From Rozella allomycis CSF55 (Eukaryota), in NCBI GenBank assembly GCA_000442015.1, contig KE561068.1, forward strand, positions 1 through 64,000: 64,000 nucleotides of DNA, in the 5' to 3' direction. Shown in pieces: positions 41,327 to 54,175 of the stretch. The position numbers and the translations under genes were made by a program. Position 1 is the stretch's first letter, and every line of letters starts with the position of its first letter. Below the pieces are notes generated by a model. That model had not been told where the DNA came from. It did no database searches and was given only the letters and a program-made list of their open reading frames with translations.

Positions 41327-42501
41327 ATGCCACGCAAACAAACGGACTATTATGATATTGCAGAGATATCATCAGATACTTTGTTAAGAGAATTTGAAAA
41401 GAAGTATCAGGAGTGCAACGAAAATGCTGAACCAACTGAACACGAAAAGGTGTAAACTATTTTGCTCTCACAAAAAATAGTGTCAAAAAGTGGGAACAAT
41501 GGTGTGAAGAGCATGAACATGATCCAAAAGAAATTTCAACAGAAACAGTTTTGCAAATCAAAGATTTTTTACATCATGAATGTGGCAAAGTGGTAGTGTG
41601 GAATTCGGTAATTTCACAAATCTAAAGTTGAAAAGTTCAATAAAGCAAAGAAGATAAAGTCTGACATAGGAAAATATTTGAAATATGAGAATCCCGAAAT
41701 GATTATTAAGGGACCTTGGAATACAGATACGAACACAGGAAATCCGGCGTTGTCAAAAATGTTGACTGTGGAACTTCAAAAAATTAAACGTCTGGTTCAA
41801 AATCGAAAAAGCGTTGTAAGCACTAAACGTGCAATTGATGAATTGGAAATGAAAGCATTGTTTTCGCATTTGACAAAACTGGAAGATACAAAACCAAACA
41901 CCGCATGCATGTTCAAATGCATGTACATCTTAATGTTTATGTGTATGTTGGATTTCGATGATGTAACCCGTATTATGATAGAATGGTTCAAAATACCTGG
42001 AGATGATAAAAATAGTTTGATTATGGAATTTCCTTTAAGGCAACATGTCCAAAATAGTGATGGTAATGACATAAGTTGATGCAAATAGTATTACATGGTT
42101 TTTCCTTATACAGGGCAGACAAAAAGAATATCCATCTTTGTCCAATTACTTGGGTTAACATTTGGTTAGCAACAATTAGAAAGCTTAAAGGTCCTTTGTT
42201 TGTGAATATATCTGAGAATGATGAAGTTATACGAGAATCTCCAATAACCAGAGATTTCTTTGTGACGCAGTTTAATCATCATTTGCAAGCAATAGGCCTA
42301 GATGCCGTTTGGTTTGACACAAAATCCTTTAGCAAGGGTAGCGTTCAATTTTTTTATAGAAAGGGTTTTGAAATCGTTGAAATACTGCATTGGTCGGGGC
42401 AATCAAAATCATTTAATGAAAATGTTATTGCGGAATATATTAGAGGCCAGAAACGAATTAGTGGCGAAGCCTTAATGAGACAATTGGGCCTTGGCCCGTA
42501 A
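41327..42501 (+). CDS. Crypton-like tyrosine-recombinase-fold protein with degenerate catalytic residues, 3 introns
   Basis: KKWEQWC, GNPALS, LDFDDV (cf. LRFDE), LCPITW, GPLFV, TKSFSKGSVQ (cf. THSFRRGG.Q), HWSGQS (cf. WGGWS), IAEYI. Confidence 0.7.
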
Positions 42502-42748
42502 TAAAATTTTTATTATCTAAGTTTGGTCATTCATTACACGATGTCTAAAATATTTTCAATTAAGATCAATTATGCCGTGCGCGTAATCCTGGTCTTCATC
42601 TGCAAAATTTTACGGTTGATATATTAAAAAAATTAAAGAGTCCATTAACTGTGAATAATAGATATCGAAAGAAATTTGAGTTTATGTCGTATTGAGACTA
42701 GAAGAACATGAAAAGCAAAACACGGCTACTTTTATAAAACGCATAGCA

Positions 42749-43729
42749 TTATCTATTTATTAGTTCCTCTGCTCCTAGACTGGCGGTAACATTAGTTACA
42801 GTAACTTGTCTAATGGAGTCAATTTCCGCCATCACGGCCTTATCCTCGAATAACTTAGGTATAACTGAAGTCTCTGCCTTGGATGATAAAGCGAGCATCC
42901 CAGTACTCCAGGAGATACAGTCGTATGTAATAAGACCTATCTGTACACCTAAATTGTCTCGATAAACTGCCTCCAAAATTATGGGAATGCAGGCAGTTAT
43001 TGTATTTACTATTAATGAGATCATGCTAATTTTCCCAAACTTGAGCATTCTCTTAAATATTTGCAATACTTGAGAGTTGGCGCCTTTTGACATGTCTTGA
43101 ACAATTTTCTCTAGTTTCGATAGTTCCTTCAAAATCAGTACATATGTAAAAATATATCCCGCAACCAATAAAGTACAGCATAATCTTCTTCCTTGTCTTA
43201 GCATCAAGTATTCATTCAAATCTGTCTTTTGACACATTAAGCATAGTAAAATAAAATCTAGTACAAACACAAATAACAGATAAACAATGCCCTTCAGCTT
43301 AATTGACCTGGCTGCATTTCGATTGCTCGTCACTAAGAAGCTTGTTTTTTCGTACAAGTTGAAGAACAGCCAGGAGCCCGAAAGAGGCAGGAGATAGTAT
43401 ATTACGCTTGACACAACAAAGAATATATACTCAGTATTCATCTTATCGGTTGCCGTCTTTGGAGTTGCTACATCGAACGCCATAAGAATAGGCATAATTG
43501 AACCAAAGAGGTACATAGCGGCAGCTGTGAATAAGCTGTAGTCAAAGGCAGTGAGTTTTTTAAAGTTAATTTTTGTTATAATCATAGCACGAACTACAAA
43601 CATGAAATTGATGAAAAAGATTCCGCTATAAACTAGAGTTGCAATCTGTACAGAGTAGGAGTTAAAACAAGCAATTGGAGATGTGTTTACATGCCTATTG
43701 CAAAATTGATATGTGTACTCGTCTCTCAT
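42749..43729 (-). CDS. orphan 7-TM membrane protein (start uncertain)
   Basis: Seven hydrophobic segments in an intronless ORF of about 326 aa. Confidence 0.7.
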   Translation of the reverse strand: MRDEYTYQFCNRHVNTSPIACFNSYSVQIATLVYSGIFFINFMFVVRAMIITKINFKKLTAFDYSLFTAAAMYLFGSIMPILMAFDVATPKTATDKMNTEYIFFVVSSVIYYLLPLSGSWLFFNLYEKTSFLVTSNRNAARSIKLKGIVYLLFVFVLDFILLCLMCQKTDLNEYLMLRQGRRLCCTLLVAGYIFTYVLILKELSKLEKIVQDMSKGANSQVLQIFKRMLKFGKISMISLIVNTITACIPIILEAVYRDNLGVQIGLITYDCISWSTGMLALSSKAETSVIPKLFEDKAVMAEIDSIRQVTVTNVTASLGAEELINR

Positions 43730-43937
43730 GAGCAATTGGTATCTAAGGGGCACCTCCTCTCCGTTTTTCTATAGCCGACCACTAAGTTGCCAAGGTAATG
43801 ATATTGAAAGGTCTTTGTAGATGAAATTAAATGTTAGAATCGGTTTCTGTGAAGTACCCTTAAAATGTCTAACTTTGATGGGTAAAAGTAACCTTTAAAA
43901 AAGATTATGAAATTAAAGAATTTTATTAATGAAAAAA

Positions 43938-46173
43938 TCACATTCTCTCTAAAGGAACAAGACCGAGCAATTTCAGACCGTTGCTTAAGCATTGCTTGGC
44001 AGAAACAAGAAGAGCAAGACGTGCTTGGGCAAGATTTAATTCCCTATCTTTGACAAAAAGAACATCCAATGCCGATGAAATGGATCTACACAATTGCATA
44101 AGGTAAGAAACGACAACACAAGGCTCGTGAGTTTTAGAAGCTAAAACAACAATTTCAGGGAATTGAGAAATCAAATCAACGAGAGGAAACACACATGGTT
44201 CTACGAGAAGATCAAGATTTAATGTTGAAATGTCTTTTGGTAGAGAAATACCAGCTCTTCTTTCAATGGAGCAGAGACGAGCATGAGCGTATTGAACATA
44301 TGGGCCAGTGTCTCCTTCAAAGGCAAAGAAACGCTTGGGATCAAAGTTGTAATTTTTGATTCTTTTAGCAGACATGTCTTGGATCATAATAGCACTTAAT
44401 CCAAGAACATCAGCAACGTATTCAGGATTTTCAATTTGAGCATATTTTTCAGGGGTTGATTTCATAACTTCGTGCATAATATCTTTGGCTTCTTCTAAGA
44501 TTTGTTCTAGAAAGACTACTGTTCCTGCTCTAGTAGACATCCCCATTACAAGACCAAAGTTGATGTGATGGCATTTTGAATGCCAATCAAAGTTTGCCTT
44601 TTCAAGTATTTTGAACAATTGTTGCAAATGAAGATCTTGTTGAGAAGCAACAACATAAAACATTTGATCAAAGTTGAATGTTTTTTGGCGATCAATAGCG
44701 GCTGCAACATCTCTTGTCAAGTAAAGAGTCGTTCCATTGGACTTTTGCAGAACTGCAACGCCTAATTTATCTTCATTTAAATCTGCAATCAAAGCACCAT
44801 TATCTTCTTTAACTAGTTTTTTCTCCTTTAATATTTTCAATGCATCTTTCATTCCTTGTTCGTACAATGATTCTCCTGAATAGATATCAAATTCAACATT
44901 CAATCTAGAATAAAGTTCTTTATACTTTTCAATGCTGAGATCTCTAAACCTTTGCCATAACGATAAAGCCTCTTCATCACCCTTTTCCATCCTTGCAAAA
45001 TAATCACGTGCTAGGTCATGAATAGTTTCATCTTCCTTTGCCAATTTCTAATTTTATCGTGAATTTAAATTTACATTAATTTCAACATAAACATTGTACA
45101 AATGTTTAATTGGATCTTTTTGAAGTTCTTCCTCACTTCCAAATCTCTCAAAGCCAATCGCTAACAATCCGTATTGCTTTCCCCAATCACCAAGATAATT
45201 CATTCCAACAACTTTATAACCATTAAATATAAAAACTTGTTTCAAAAAGTTTCCAATAATGGTAGATCTTAAATGTCCTACATGAAATGGTTTAGCAATA
45301 TTTGGTGAAGAGTACTCAACAACAATTGTTTTCCCTTCACCCCCTTTGTTCTTTCCATATTCAGAATTCTTGGTCAAAGCTTCCATTATCACCTTGTTTC
45401 TAAAATCATCCTTATTGGCGCGAAAATTGATGAATGTTCCAATTACATTGCATTCCACAATCAAATCATCAGTAATGTACTTTAAAATCACAAATAAATC
45501 AATTTACCTTTTCTTTGATAAATTTAGCCAACTCATTTGGCTTTTCTTTCAACTTCAACTTGAAGGAATTCAATGAAATATCACCATGATCAGCTTGCTT
45601 GGGTTTCTCTAATGATTCAAACACAACAGTAGGATCAATCTTTAAAAGAATTCCAACTTTCATTGCAACAGCATACTTAAACTCATCAAACACAGATTTC
45701 GTTGCTGTTGGAACTTGGAGCCTCAAAGTTTGTCTGATTATAGGATGCTTATGCAAATCCTTCCAGTACGCGCAAAGAGAACCACCCAACTCAAAAGATT
45801 TCAAAGTCATAGTCTCATAAATAAAATAATCTAAAAACGTCGGTGACTTTGAATTCAAATGTTTCGCATTAGAACTTAACACCGATGCAAAATCACTCGC
45901 ACTGGCATTTTTTCCTGACATTTCAACAGTCTTAAGCAACACACTAAGCTTTTCCTGTCCCAAAGAGTAATCTCCACCAAGAATATACGCTGCGACACCT
46001 AGAGATGAACTCAAGTATTCAGTATTTCCACACTCATCCTTGACTTGGAACTGGTTCTTCTTGCAAGAAAAATCTAATTCGTGTGAAAACAAAGATGGCT
46101 TCTCACAGAACAGACAAAGTGCAGCAAGAGGAGCTTGTAGTCGATTAACGTACCATTTCGAAAGGCTTGTCAT
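43938..46173 (-). CDS. RARS1: arginyl-tRNA synthetase with N-terminal extension, 2 introns
   Basis: VEYSSPNIAKPFHVGHLRSTIIG, NYLGDWGKQYG, GMSTRAG, GDTGPYVQYAHARL, ends LERM. Confidence 0.97.
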
Positions 46174-46842
46174 TTCTTTTCGTGGCGCAGATGCCTTTTT
46201 CGATTTTCGATCAGCAATGCGACACACATTTTTATCGCTATATATCGACTAACTCTTATATTTTCAAAATATGTCATCTGAGATTATGCTACTATTACGG
46301 ATAACGGAAGACAAATGAGTAAAACCTCCAGCTTCCGCTAACCCAAAAATCGAACATATGCATACAAAGTGAAATAAATAGATATATCGAAAACCATCCC
46401 ATTGCTAATGTTTAACTTTGATTTTTATAGTCTCTCATATTGCCGATTTGCAATTTTGACGAGTAACACCATAACCGCATAATCCAAAACTATATCATTT
46501 CTTATATCGAGAGTTTCCAATATACTTTGGCATAAATGGGTATGAATAGTTGCTTATTGATTTTTTTAAACAATTTTTGCAGCTTTCACATTCACAATAT
46601 TCGTTAACATTTGGCGCGACCTCCAGTAATACTTGTATCACAAATGTAAAATATGAACAGAATGATTGAATTTGAAAAAGTTATAGTGTATGGATGTCTT
46701 TGTTATTCCACACTCATTCTGCAGCGACGTCTCGCGTATTTTAATTCAACAATTAACAATACATTTAATGAATTTAGTTTTATTTATTATTCAAATCAAA
46801 CTTATCAAAATGTATTTATCTATTTTAAATTTGAAATACTTG

Positions 46843-47279
46843 CTAATAACAACATTTGCAGTCAAAAGGGCAAAGAGGTGTATCTATCACGATATATAAT
46901 TAATCTTACTGCCTCCCATGCCAATTTTTAAGTCCTTCGCGTCAAACAACGGCAAGCCATCGTCCATAAATTCTATTTATCACTAATTTAAATACTTACT
47001 CTTCGGTTTTAATCCTCTTGCGTCAAAAAAGTCATCTTCAAGTTGTTTTTTCTTTATTTCTTTTTTATTCGGAATTCCTGACACTAGTTTTGAACCAGTA
47101 TCAGCATCTGACGATTCTTTTGGTCCCTTTTTCTTTTTGGCGCAAGAGAATATATCATCAATTTCACTACTCACTTTGGCTTTAGTACTAACATCACAAG
47201 ATTCAGCATTTTCAGTGACTTTCCAAACTGATGTCGCAGTCATAAAAACTATTGTGGCGAAGTAAACGGAATCAATCAT
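46843..47279 (-). CDS. DUF1764-family eukaryotic protein, 2 introns (start may be 47243)
   Basis: EIDDIF, DDFFDARG, DGLPLF, GGNTPLCPFDCKCCY*. Confidence 0.88.
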
Positions 47280-47505
47280 CTCAAAAGAGATATTCGCATG
47301 TACTACATTATTAAGTTATTAAAAAATAAAAAGATACATCATCATAAAAATTTATTCTCGTATTAGAAACTGTTATTTAAGCTAATATGATGACTATATG
47401 GGCGTGAGAAATTCTTCATAAATGCAATAGATTTATTTCAAATTTTTGCAAGCCTTTCTTGCGCCTGAAAATTATTTGCGAAATTTCTTCCTCTCTGAAT
47501 AAAAA

Positions 47506-48970
47506 ATGTCTGATATAAAGCAGGTTCAGCGAGTTGTAGAGGCTTTCAATACTAAACTAAAAAGACGAGAAATTAAAGGGTCTTGGAATTGTGGTGTAGA
47601 AACAGCAAAACTACTGAGGCTAGTTGTGTCAATAACACGTTGGAATAATGCATCGACACTTATGCAAATAATCAAAGATGTTGTAATTTTATTTGCGCTA
47701 CGTAAAATAGGGAAAAGAATTAGTAAAGGCTCAGCCAACCGAAATCGTCGTAGGCAACATCGTGCGTCGAGTTTTGCATATTATCCGTGAAGAATATTTA
47801 GATGATGGGGAAGAAGACGAGTTTATGGCGTATGGAGATAATCTTTTGGACGAAACTCCTTCAGAAATGTCTTTAAAAAGTCCTCCACCTGGGGATTCAT
47901 TGCCTCCAGTTTCATTGACATCGTCGCCTTCGCAAGGAAGTAATATGTCTCTTTCCAACGTATTCTCATCACAACCAGGTAAATACATTTAGTTAGATGT
48001 AGATTAGTTGGCCAGGCGTCTTTGTTAAGGACGAATTCTTTGCGTCGAACTGATTCTCTTGGATCAGCCTCTATGAAACGAGTCGATTCATTTAGAGGAC
48101 AACAGCCCCAAAGTCTTTTACCTAGCAGAGCTTCATTTCTTGCTGATTCATCCATGATCAACCTCCTGACTGAAGTGAACCAGTCTGAAATAGATTATAG
48201 CATTCCAAAGTGTTCTTTGAAAACACTCGTCATCCAACAAATAAAAGATTTAATAGAAGAAATGGAAGACTTACAGTCGAATATTGCCCTTCAGGCATTA
48301 GAACATATTCATACAAATGAAATTATTATGACGATTGGACGCTCACGAACTGTCGAGCAATTTTTGTTATCTGCGGCAAAGAAGCGAAAGTTTTCCGTAA
48401 TCGTTGCAGAAACAGCGCCATTGTAAGTATTTTGTATTTTTAGTGTTTCAGGTATAGCGGCCAGGAACTTGCAGTTTCATTGGCAAAAGAAGGCTTGGAT
48501 GTGACACTTATTCCGGATTCCGCAATATATGCGATGATGGGACGGGTCAACAAAGTGATTTTAGGATGTCATGCGGGTATTTTAAATTTTCATTAATAAT
48601 GGCAGTAATGGCTGATGGTGGATTAATGTCTGTTGCGGGAAGTCAGCAATTGGCTGTGGCTGCTAAACATCATTCGACGCCTGTAGTTGTTTGCACAGGA
48701 TTATTTAAGTTAGCCCCTGTTCATCCTCACGATCACGACGCTTTCAATTTGTTCTTGTCGCCGTCATCGGCGCTCCCTTTGAAAAATAACGATGGCAAGG
48801 TTGATGTTCTTCAGCCTTCTTTTGACTATGTGGATGCCGGACTTGTTACTTTATTTATTACCAACACGTAATAATTAGAATTGTTGTTTATTATTAGTGG
48901 CGGACATCCACCCTCTTACATTTATAGATTACTAGGTGAAATGTACGATCCAAGGGACTACTGTCTTTAA
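47506..48970 (+). CDS. GCD7: eIF2B beta subunit, 5 introns
   Basis: AQPTEIVVGNIVRRVL, QALEHIHTNEIIMTIG, VAETAP, PDSAIYAMMGRVNKV, GGHPPSYIYRL. Confidence 0.95.
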
Positions 48971-49049
48971 ATAATCTCGCAGCTGCATTGCTATAATAAT
49001 TCATTGAATAAAAAATCTAATTAAATGAAAAATTGATTAGTCGGTCATT

Positions 49050-50340
49050 TTAGTTGTTTATTCTTAAATTAGCTTTTCTTTTGGCCATGAAGTTGTCTAG
49101 AGTTTCCCAAAATTTGAAGACCAAAGTCGCATCAAGATGACGTTTGTTTTCACTTAGAGCCAAAACTGAAACATCCCACTTCAAAATATTCGGGTCTGGT
49201 CGCACATGATCAAAACATAAATGAAATCCTTTAAGATGAGTAAATATTTCAACAGGATTCTCCCATTTCCAACCCTTAAATTGCCAACCTGCTCCAGTTA
49301 CAAAAGCGGCTACAACTCTATCCCTTTAACTCATTTACATTCTTTAAATTTACCAATCTGAAGGTTTGAAGCGATTTACAGAATCTGTAATTTCATATTT
49401 CAATATTTTTCCATTAACATTCCTTTCGATAATTAACTTTGAGTGTTTCCTATTTTCGGTGGATTTTTTCTGTACGTAGCTAATTAAGTCATATTGTTTT
49501 CATTACCTTTCATGTTGTAAAAATTCCTTTGCATTGTGAAGATTGATGAGGGATGTCACAGCACTGGGAACTAAAATAATTGGTAAAACAGAGCCTTTTA
49601 ATGAATTATTAAGTTCCTACTTGCAGGTAACTTCGATGCGGTTGCATCGTCGATTTTCATTTGGGTTTCTTTCCTCTCAGGTCTTGATGCTTGTTTCACA
49701 ATACTCAAAACCGGAGTGAAGTCCTGTCAGAATAAAAATAAATAATTACAGTTTTTGAAAGTAAAAGGGATTCTCTAGTAAAAACAGGCTTTTCGTATTG
49801 CAAAATATCGTGGACTTTCAACCTGAAAGTTATTTCATTATCGGTGGTTTCAAAATTACTATCTGCATCCATAGCGTTTCCATCTGTCCTGTTTTCATTC
49901 AGCTTGATCTTTTTCGAACTTGGTTCATTAATGTTTTCCAAAGAGACCCATTGAAAATGAGGAACCTCTTCAAATTTTATATGTGGTACTTTTTTCATAT
50001 CTATATTTGATTCCGTTAAATATTCAAGCAATGGCTACTCTAAAAATTATAATGTCATTACTTTTCTATCTGGCAGGGAAACATTTGGGACTCCGATACG
50101 TTTGCACTCTTGCAAGTAGGCCCCATATTGACTGATTTCTCGATGTAAATATGCGAAATAGACAGCATCTATTGGGTACGCTGTTCCTTTTCCTCTTTGC
50201 CGAAAAAATGCTGTTAGAGTATCTCTATGAACCAGGTCGTTTCCAAATTGAATATGAGTAAAGTTTTCTTTGTTTGGATACAAGGAAATGGTTTGTTTCG
50301 AAATTAAATACTCTTTTAAAGTTGTTAAAGGATCATTCAT
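49050..50340 (-). CDS. CDC73: Paf1 complex subunit Cdc73, 5 introns
   Basis: [46 protein letters not shown]. Confidence 0.92.
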
Positions 50341-50613
50341 TGATATTGGAAATTTCGAACGAAAGCTCTTGTATTGGAAACTAGTAGAATCTATTCAACT
50401 TAAAACAATATCACACGGGTTATCCAATCAAGCTAATTTATCAATACTCATTTGATCAAATTTCTGTGCTGCCTCTCCGTTGGAAATCTTGCGGTGGTGT
50501 AGGGAGACCTTAAAGAAGACGTTAACAATCGACACTGAGAGTCATTAATAATCAATAAAGAAATTGAAATAAAACAAATACAATTCTGTAAATTAAATTA
50601 ATTTATTATGTCA

Positions 50614-51606
50614 TTAATTGAAAATTTCTGCCTTGAGGAGTTCCTGCATATAATTTGTGAGATACTCAATAGATATTTTATTGCTCTCCTTGCAACACTT
50701 GTGCAGTTGACTTTCATTCGATTGATGAATATCTTCCTTTCTAACCTTTGGTTTTCCAAACGTTGGATCAAAGTTTTGATCTATTTTCTTCAATTTACTG
50801 GCAAGGTCCGATATTCTCTTTGATAAAAATTCTTCAGTTCCTAATATAGGTGATGATGACAAATTATTCATCCAATATTGGCTCCAAAGAATTTCCAGAA
50901 ATCTTTCGTCAAACGATGATTTAAAATAGGAAACTGGAAGGGAATAGTATCTGTTGGAATGAACCCCGAAGTCTTCAATTTTATCCATAGGAATTTGTTG
51001 AAACTCATCATTAGAACTACTTGGCGCCTTGTAATCTTCAGGAAATGTTCGAAAGGCACCTAAATCAACTTTTCCGGTAGAAGATGTCCTTTTAGGGTCG
51101 ATAACAACAGCAAGAAATGGTTCTTGAAATTGCTGATTTAAATGTTGAGTACTAACATCAATACCTGATAGCCAGCATCCGTATCCCGGATGAGAGTGAT
51201 ACCAACCAATAACGTTTTCTTGTTTACCAGCTTGCTTAATAACTGTCATGTAGTCCACCATGTATTCATAGCCTTCTGCTGCTGCATTTACTCGTGTTTC
51301 AGTCCCTTCAACTGGAAGTGCAAACGCGTCCATAACAATCATACTTTGTCCTTTGATCTTTCCTTGCATCAAGCCCATGACTTCTATATCTCCTCCTGAT
51401 TTTGCATGAAGAACCATTTTCATTAGTGCCATAGACGATATCTTGACATTTGTAAAGTATTTAGGATCCGTGGTCCAAGGTTTCTCATTTAATATCTTTT
51501 TTTGTTCTTCAGCATCAAAGTTATACATTTCATCGTTATTTATTAGCGGCTTAATCTCATTTTCAAGTTCAAATGTTTTTCGTGCAAGTTTCTCATCGGT
51601 GTCCAT
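50614..51606 (-). CDS. CSN5: COP9 signalosome subunit 5
   Basis: JAMM motif [38 protein letters not shown]. Confidence 0.97.
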   Translation of the reverse strand: MDTDEKLARKTFELENEIKPLINNDEMYNFDAEEQKKILNEKPWTTDPKYFTNVKISSMALMKMVLHAKSGGDIEVMGLMQGKIKGQSMIVMDAFALPVEGTETRVNAAAEGYEYMVDYMTVIKQAGKQENVIGWYHSHPGYGCWLSGIDVSTQHLNQQFQEPFLAVVIDPKRTSSTGKVDLGAFRTFPEDYKAPSSSNDEFQQIPMDKIEDFGVHSNRYYSLPVSYFKSSFDERFLEILWSQYWMNNLSSSPILGTEEFLSKRISDLASKLKKIDQNFDPTFGKPKVRKEDIHQSNESQLHKCCKESNKISIEYLTNYMQELLKAEIFN

Positions 51607-51650
51607 TTTGGAATTTCGGGAATACCTTAAACATATTTCAACCAAAGATA

Positions 51651-54049
51651 ATGAATCAAAGTTCAAAATCCGATAAAAGGAAAGAAAAGGAACCAGCTTA
51701 TGAATCTTATGATCAGTATTTCCAGGAAAAGAAGCGCAAGTTGGAACAACAAAACTCGTGTACTCTAAAAAGCAATATTTTCTATGGTTTAGTGTTCCAT
51801 GTCAATGGATACACTAATCCTCCACTAACTACAATTAGAGATCTAGTTTGTGAGCATGGAGGTCGGTATGCACAGTATCTATCAAGGGAAGTTACTCACA
51901 TCGTGTGTACAAATCTGCCCATGGCAAAGCTGAAATTGCTAAAGCAAAGTGATGTTATAATAAAACCTGAATGGATTCTGGATTGCATTAAAAAGGGTGG
52001 ACTTGTTGATGAGAAGCCTTACCGAGTCTATGAACATAATAGCCTGAACAATCAAAAGACACTAGTATTACCTACGGCCAGCCGCACTCCGGTGGCACAT
52101 GCTGAAAGAGAATCGCGGATTGATGCGTCTGATCCTAATTTTGTAGCCCAGTTCTATCAAAACTCAAGGCTGCATTTTCTTTCCTTGTGGAAAAACGAAT
52201 TGAAAGAATTTACAGCTGAATTTTTAAAGAACAAAAAGGATAACATTCACGGCGCCTATAAAGTAATATTGCATGTAGATATGGACTCATTTTTTGTTTC
52301 AGTGGCATTAAAGGATCGCCAGAATCTGATTGATAAACCTGTCGCTGTTGGGCATTCGACTCGAGATGGGAAAGAATCTAATAAATTAGATTCTTCTAGC
52401 GATTTAGCGTCTTGTAATTACGTGGCTAGACAGTTTGGAGTTAGGAATGGAATGATGTAAGAATTTTGGTTGATCGTTTTAGGCTGCAGAAAGCGCTAAA
52501 GCTTTGCCCAGGTCTTATCGTTCTTCCTTATGAGTTTGAAAAGTATCGCGAGATTTCTAGAAAGTTTTACACTGTTTTATTCAAATATGCAGATAACATC
52601 CAAGCTGTTAGTTGTGATGAGGCATTTCTTGAAATAAATTCCAAATTAAATGATGATAGCAAAGAAACAGTCTATGATATTTGTGAAAATATAAGAAAAG
52701 ATATTAGAGATATTTGTGAAGTAAATGCTTCTATTGGAGCGGGCCCCAATATGTTAATTGCAAGATTGGCTACTAAAAAGGCCAAACCAAATGGCCAACA
52801 TTATGTTACAAAGGAAGAAATAAAAGACTTTATCAAAGACATTAATGTTAAAGATTTGCCATCCGTGGGATACGCCCACGGATCACAATTTGAAACTATG
52901 GGTATTGAAACATGCTCACAACTTGAACAATTAACCATCAGCGAATTACAAAAAATATTTGGAATCAAACAAGGGGAATTGTTTTATAATTATTGTAGAG
53001 GAATTGATTCAAGAGAATTGATTAATACGCATGAAAGAAAATCTATTGGAGCTGAAATAAACTGGGGGATTAGATTAAATGAAAAATCTAAAGTTGAATC
53101 ATTTTTTCGTAATTTGTCTAAAGAAGTCTCTGAAAGATTAATTTCGTCTTCACTTTCTGGCAAATTATTGACTTTAAAGGTTAAATGTAGAAAAAGGGAT
53201 GCTGAACAGCCAAGGAAGCATATGGGTCACGGCTGGTGTGATGATATTTCAAAATCCCATGAATTTTCTAGGCCTGTTTTTGAAGAGAATGTTATTTTCA
53301 CTCAGGTGATTAAGATGTATAATGGATTGCATTTGGCGCCTGAAGATTTAAGAGGTGCTGGAATTCATTTTCAAAAACTAGTCGATATAAAGAATGCAAA
53401 AGGTAAGAATCACATGCGGTTTTGTTTAGATCAAAAAAAGTTGGACTTTTCAAATATGAAAAAGAGAGAAATCAATAACATCAAGAAGAATAATAAAAAT
53501 GAAGTGGAAATTATTTCCTCATCTGATATACCTAAGCATTCTCCTGAAAAGAATCCATCAAAGCAAAAAGCATTTCAAAAATTGAGTCCTAAAGGGAAAC
53601 CTCCATTTAAACCTTTAATTACTCTCACACAAAAATTTAAACCCAGAAAGTTATTTTCTGACGTAATTGAACTTTCAGATAGCGATGATACAATTAATCT
53701 GAATATTGATATTTTGTCTTCCCAATCTCACACGCAAACTCAAAATTATTTAATTTATCCAGACTTGGATGGTTTCGTTGACGAGAGCGAAATAAAGAGT
53801 AGATTGAAACAATGGGTGGATTATTTCAAAGATGAAGGACCCTTGGACATTGATAAGCGGACAATCTTTACATATTTTAGTGAATTATTTGATTCCAAAA
53901 ATCTGGATCTTGTAAGAAAGTATTTCTGTTATTTGAAACGTTTGATAAATGAAATTGAAAGTGAAAAATGGCCTTCATTTTTGACTGAGTTAGAGAATCA
54001 ATTGCAATTGATGTCAATCAACAATTATGGATCTAAATTATTACTGTAA
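51651..54049 (+). CDS. REV1: translesion polymerase Rev1, 2 introns
   Basis: BRCT (VNGYT.P), [42 protein letters not shown]. Confidence 0.95.
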
Positions 54050-54175
54050 ATTATAAAAGAAGTAATCCTTAAACGGTTAAGGCATAAACATAAAGCACGA
54101 ACTTGGAATTGGGATCAGGTAGCAACAGCTGTATGTGCACAACAAATAAAAGAACTATATTTTATTTAATACATT

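Noticed and set aside
46250-46800. Possible gene upstream of ArgRS
   Set aside because: Only short AT-rich ORFs; no consistent spliced product found.
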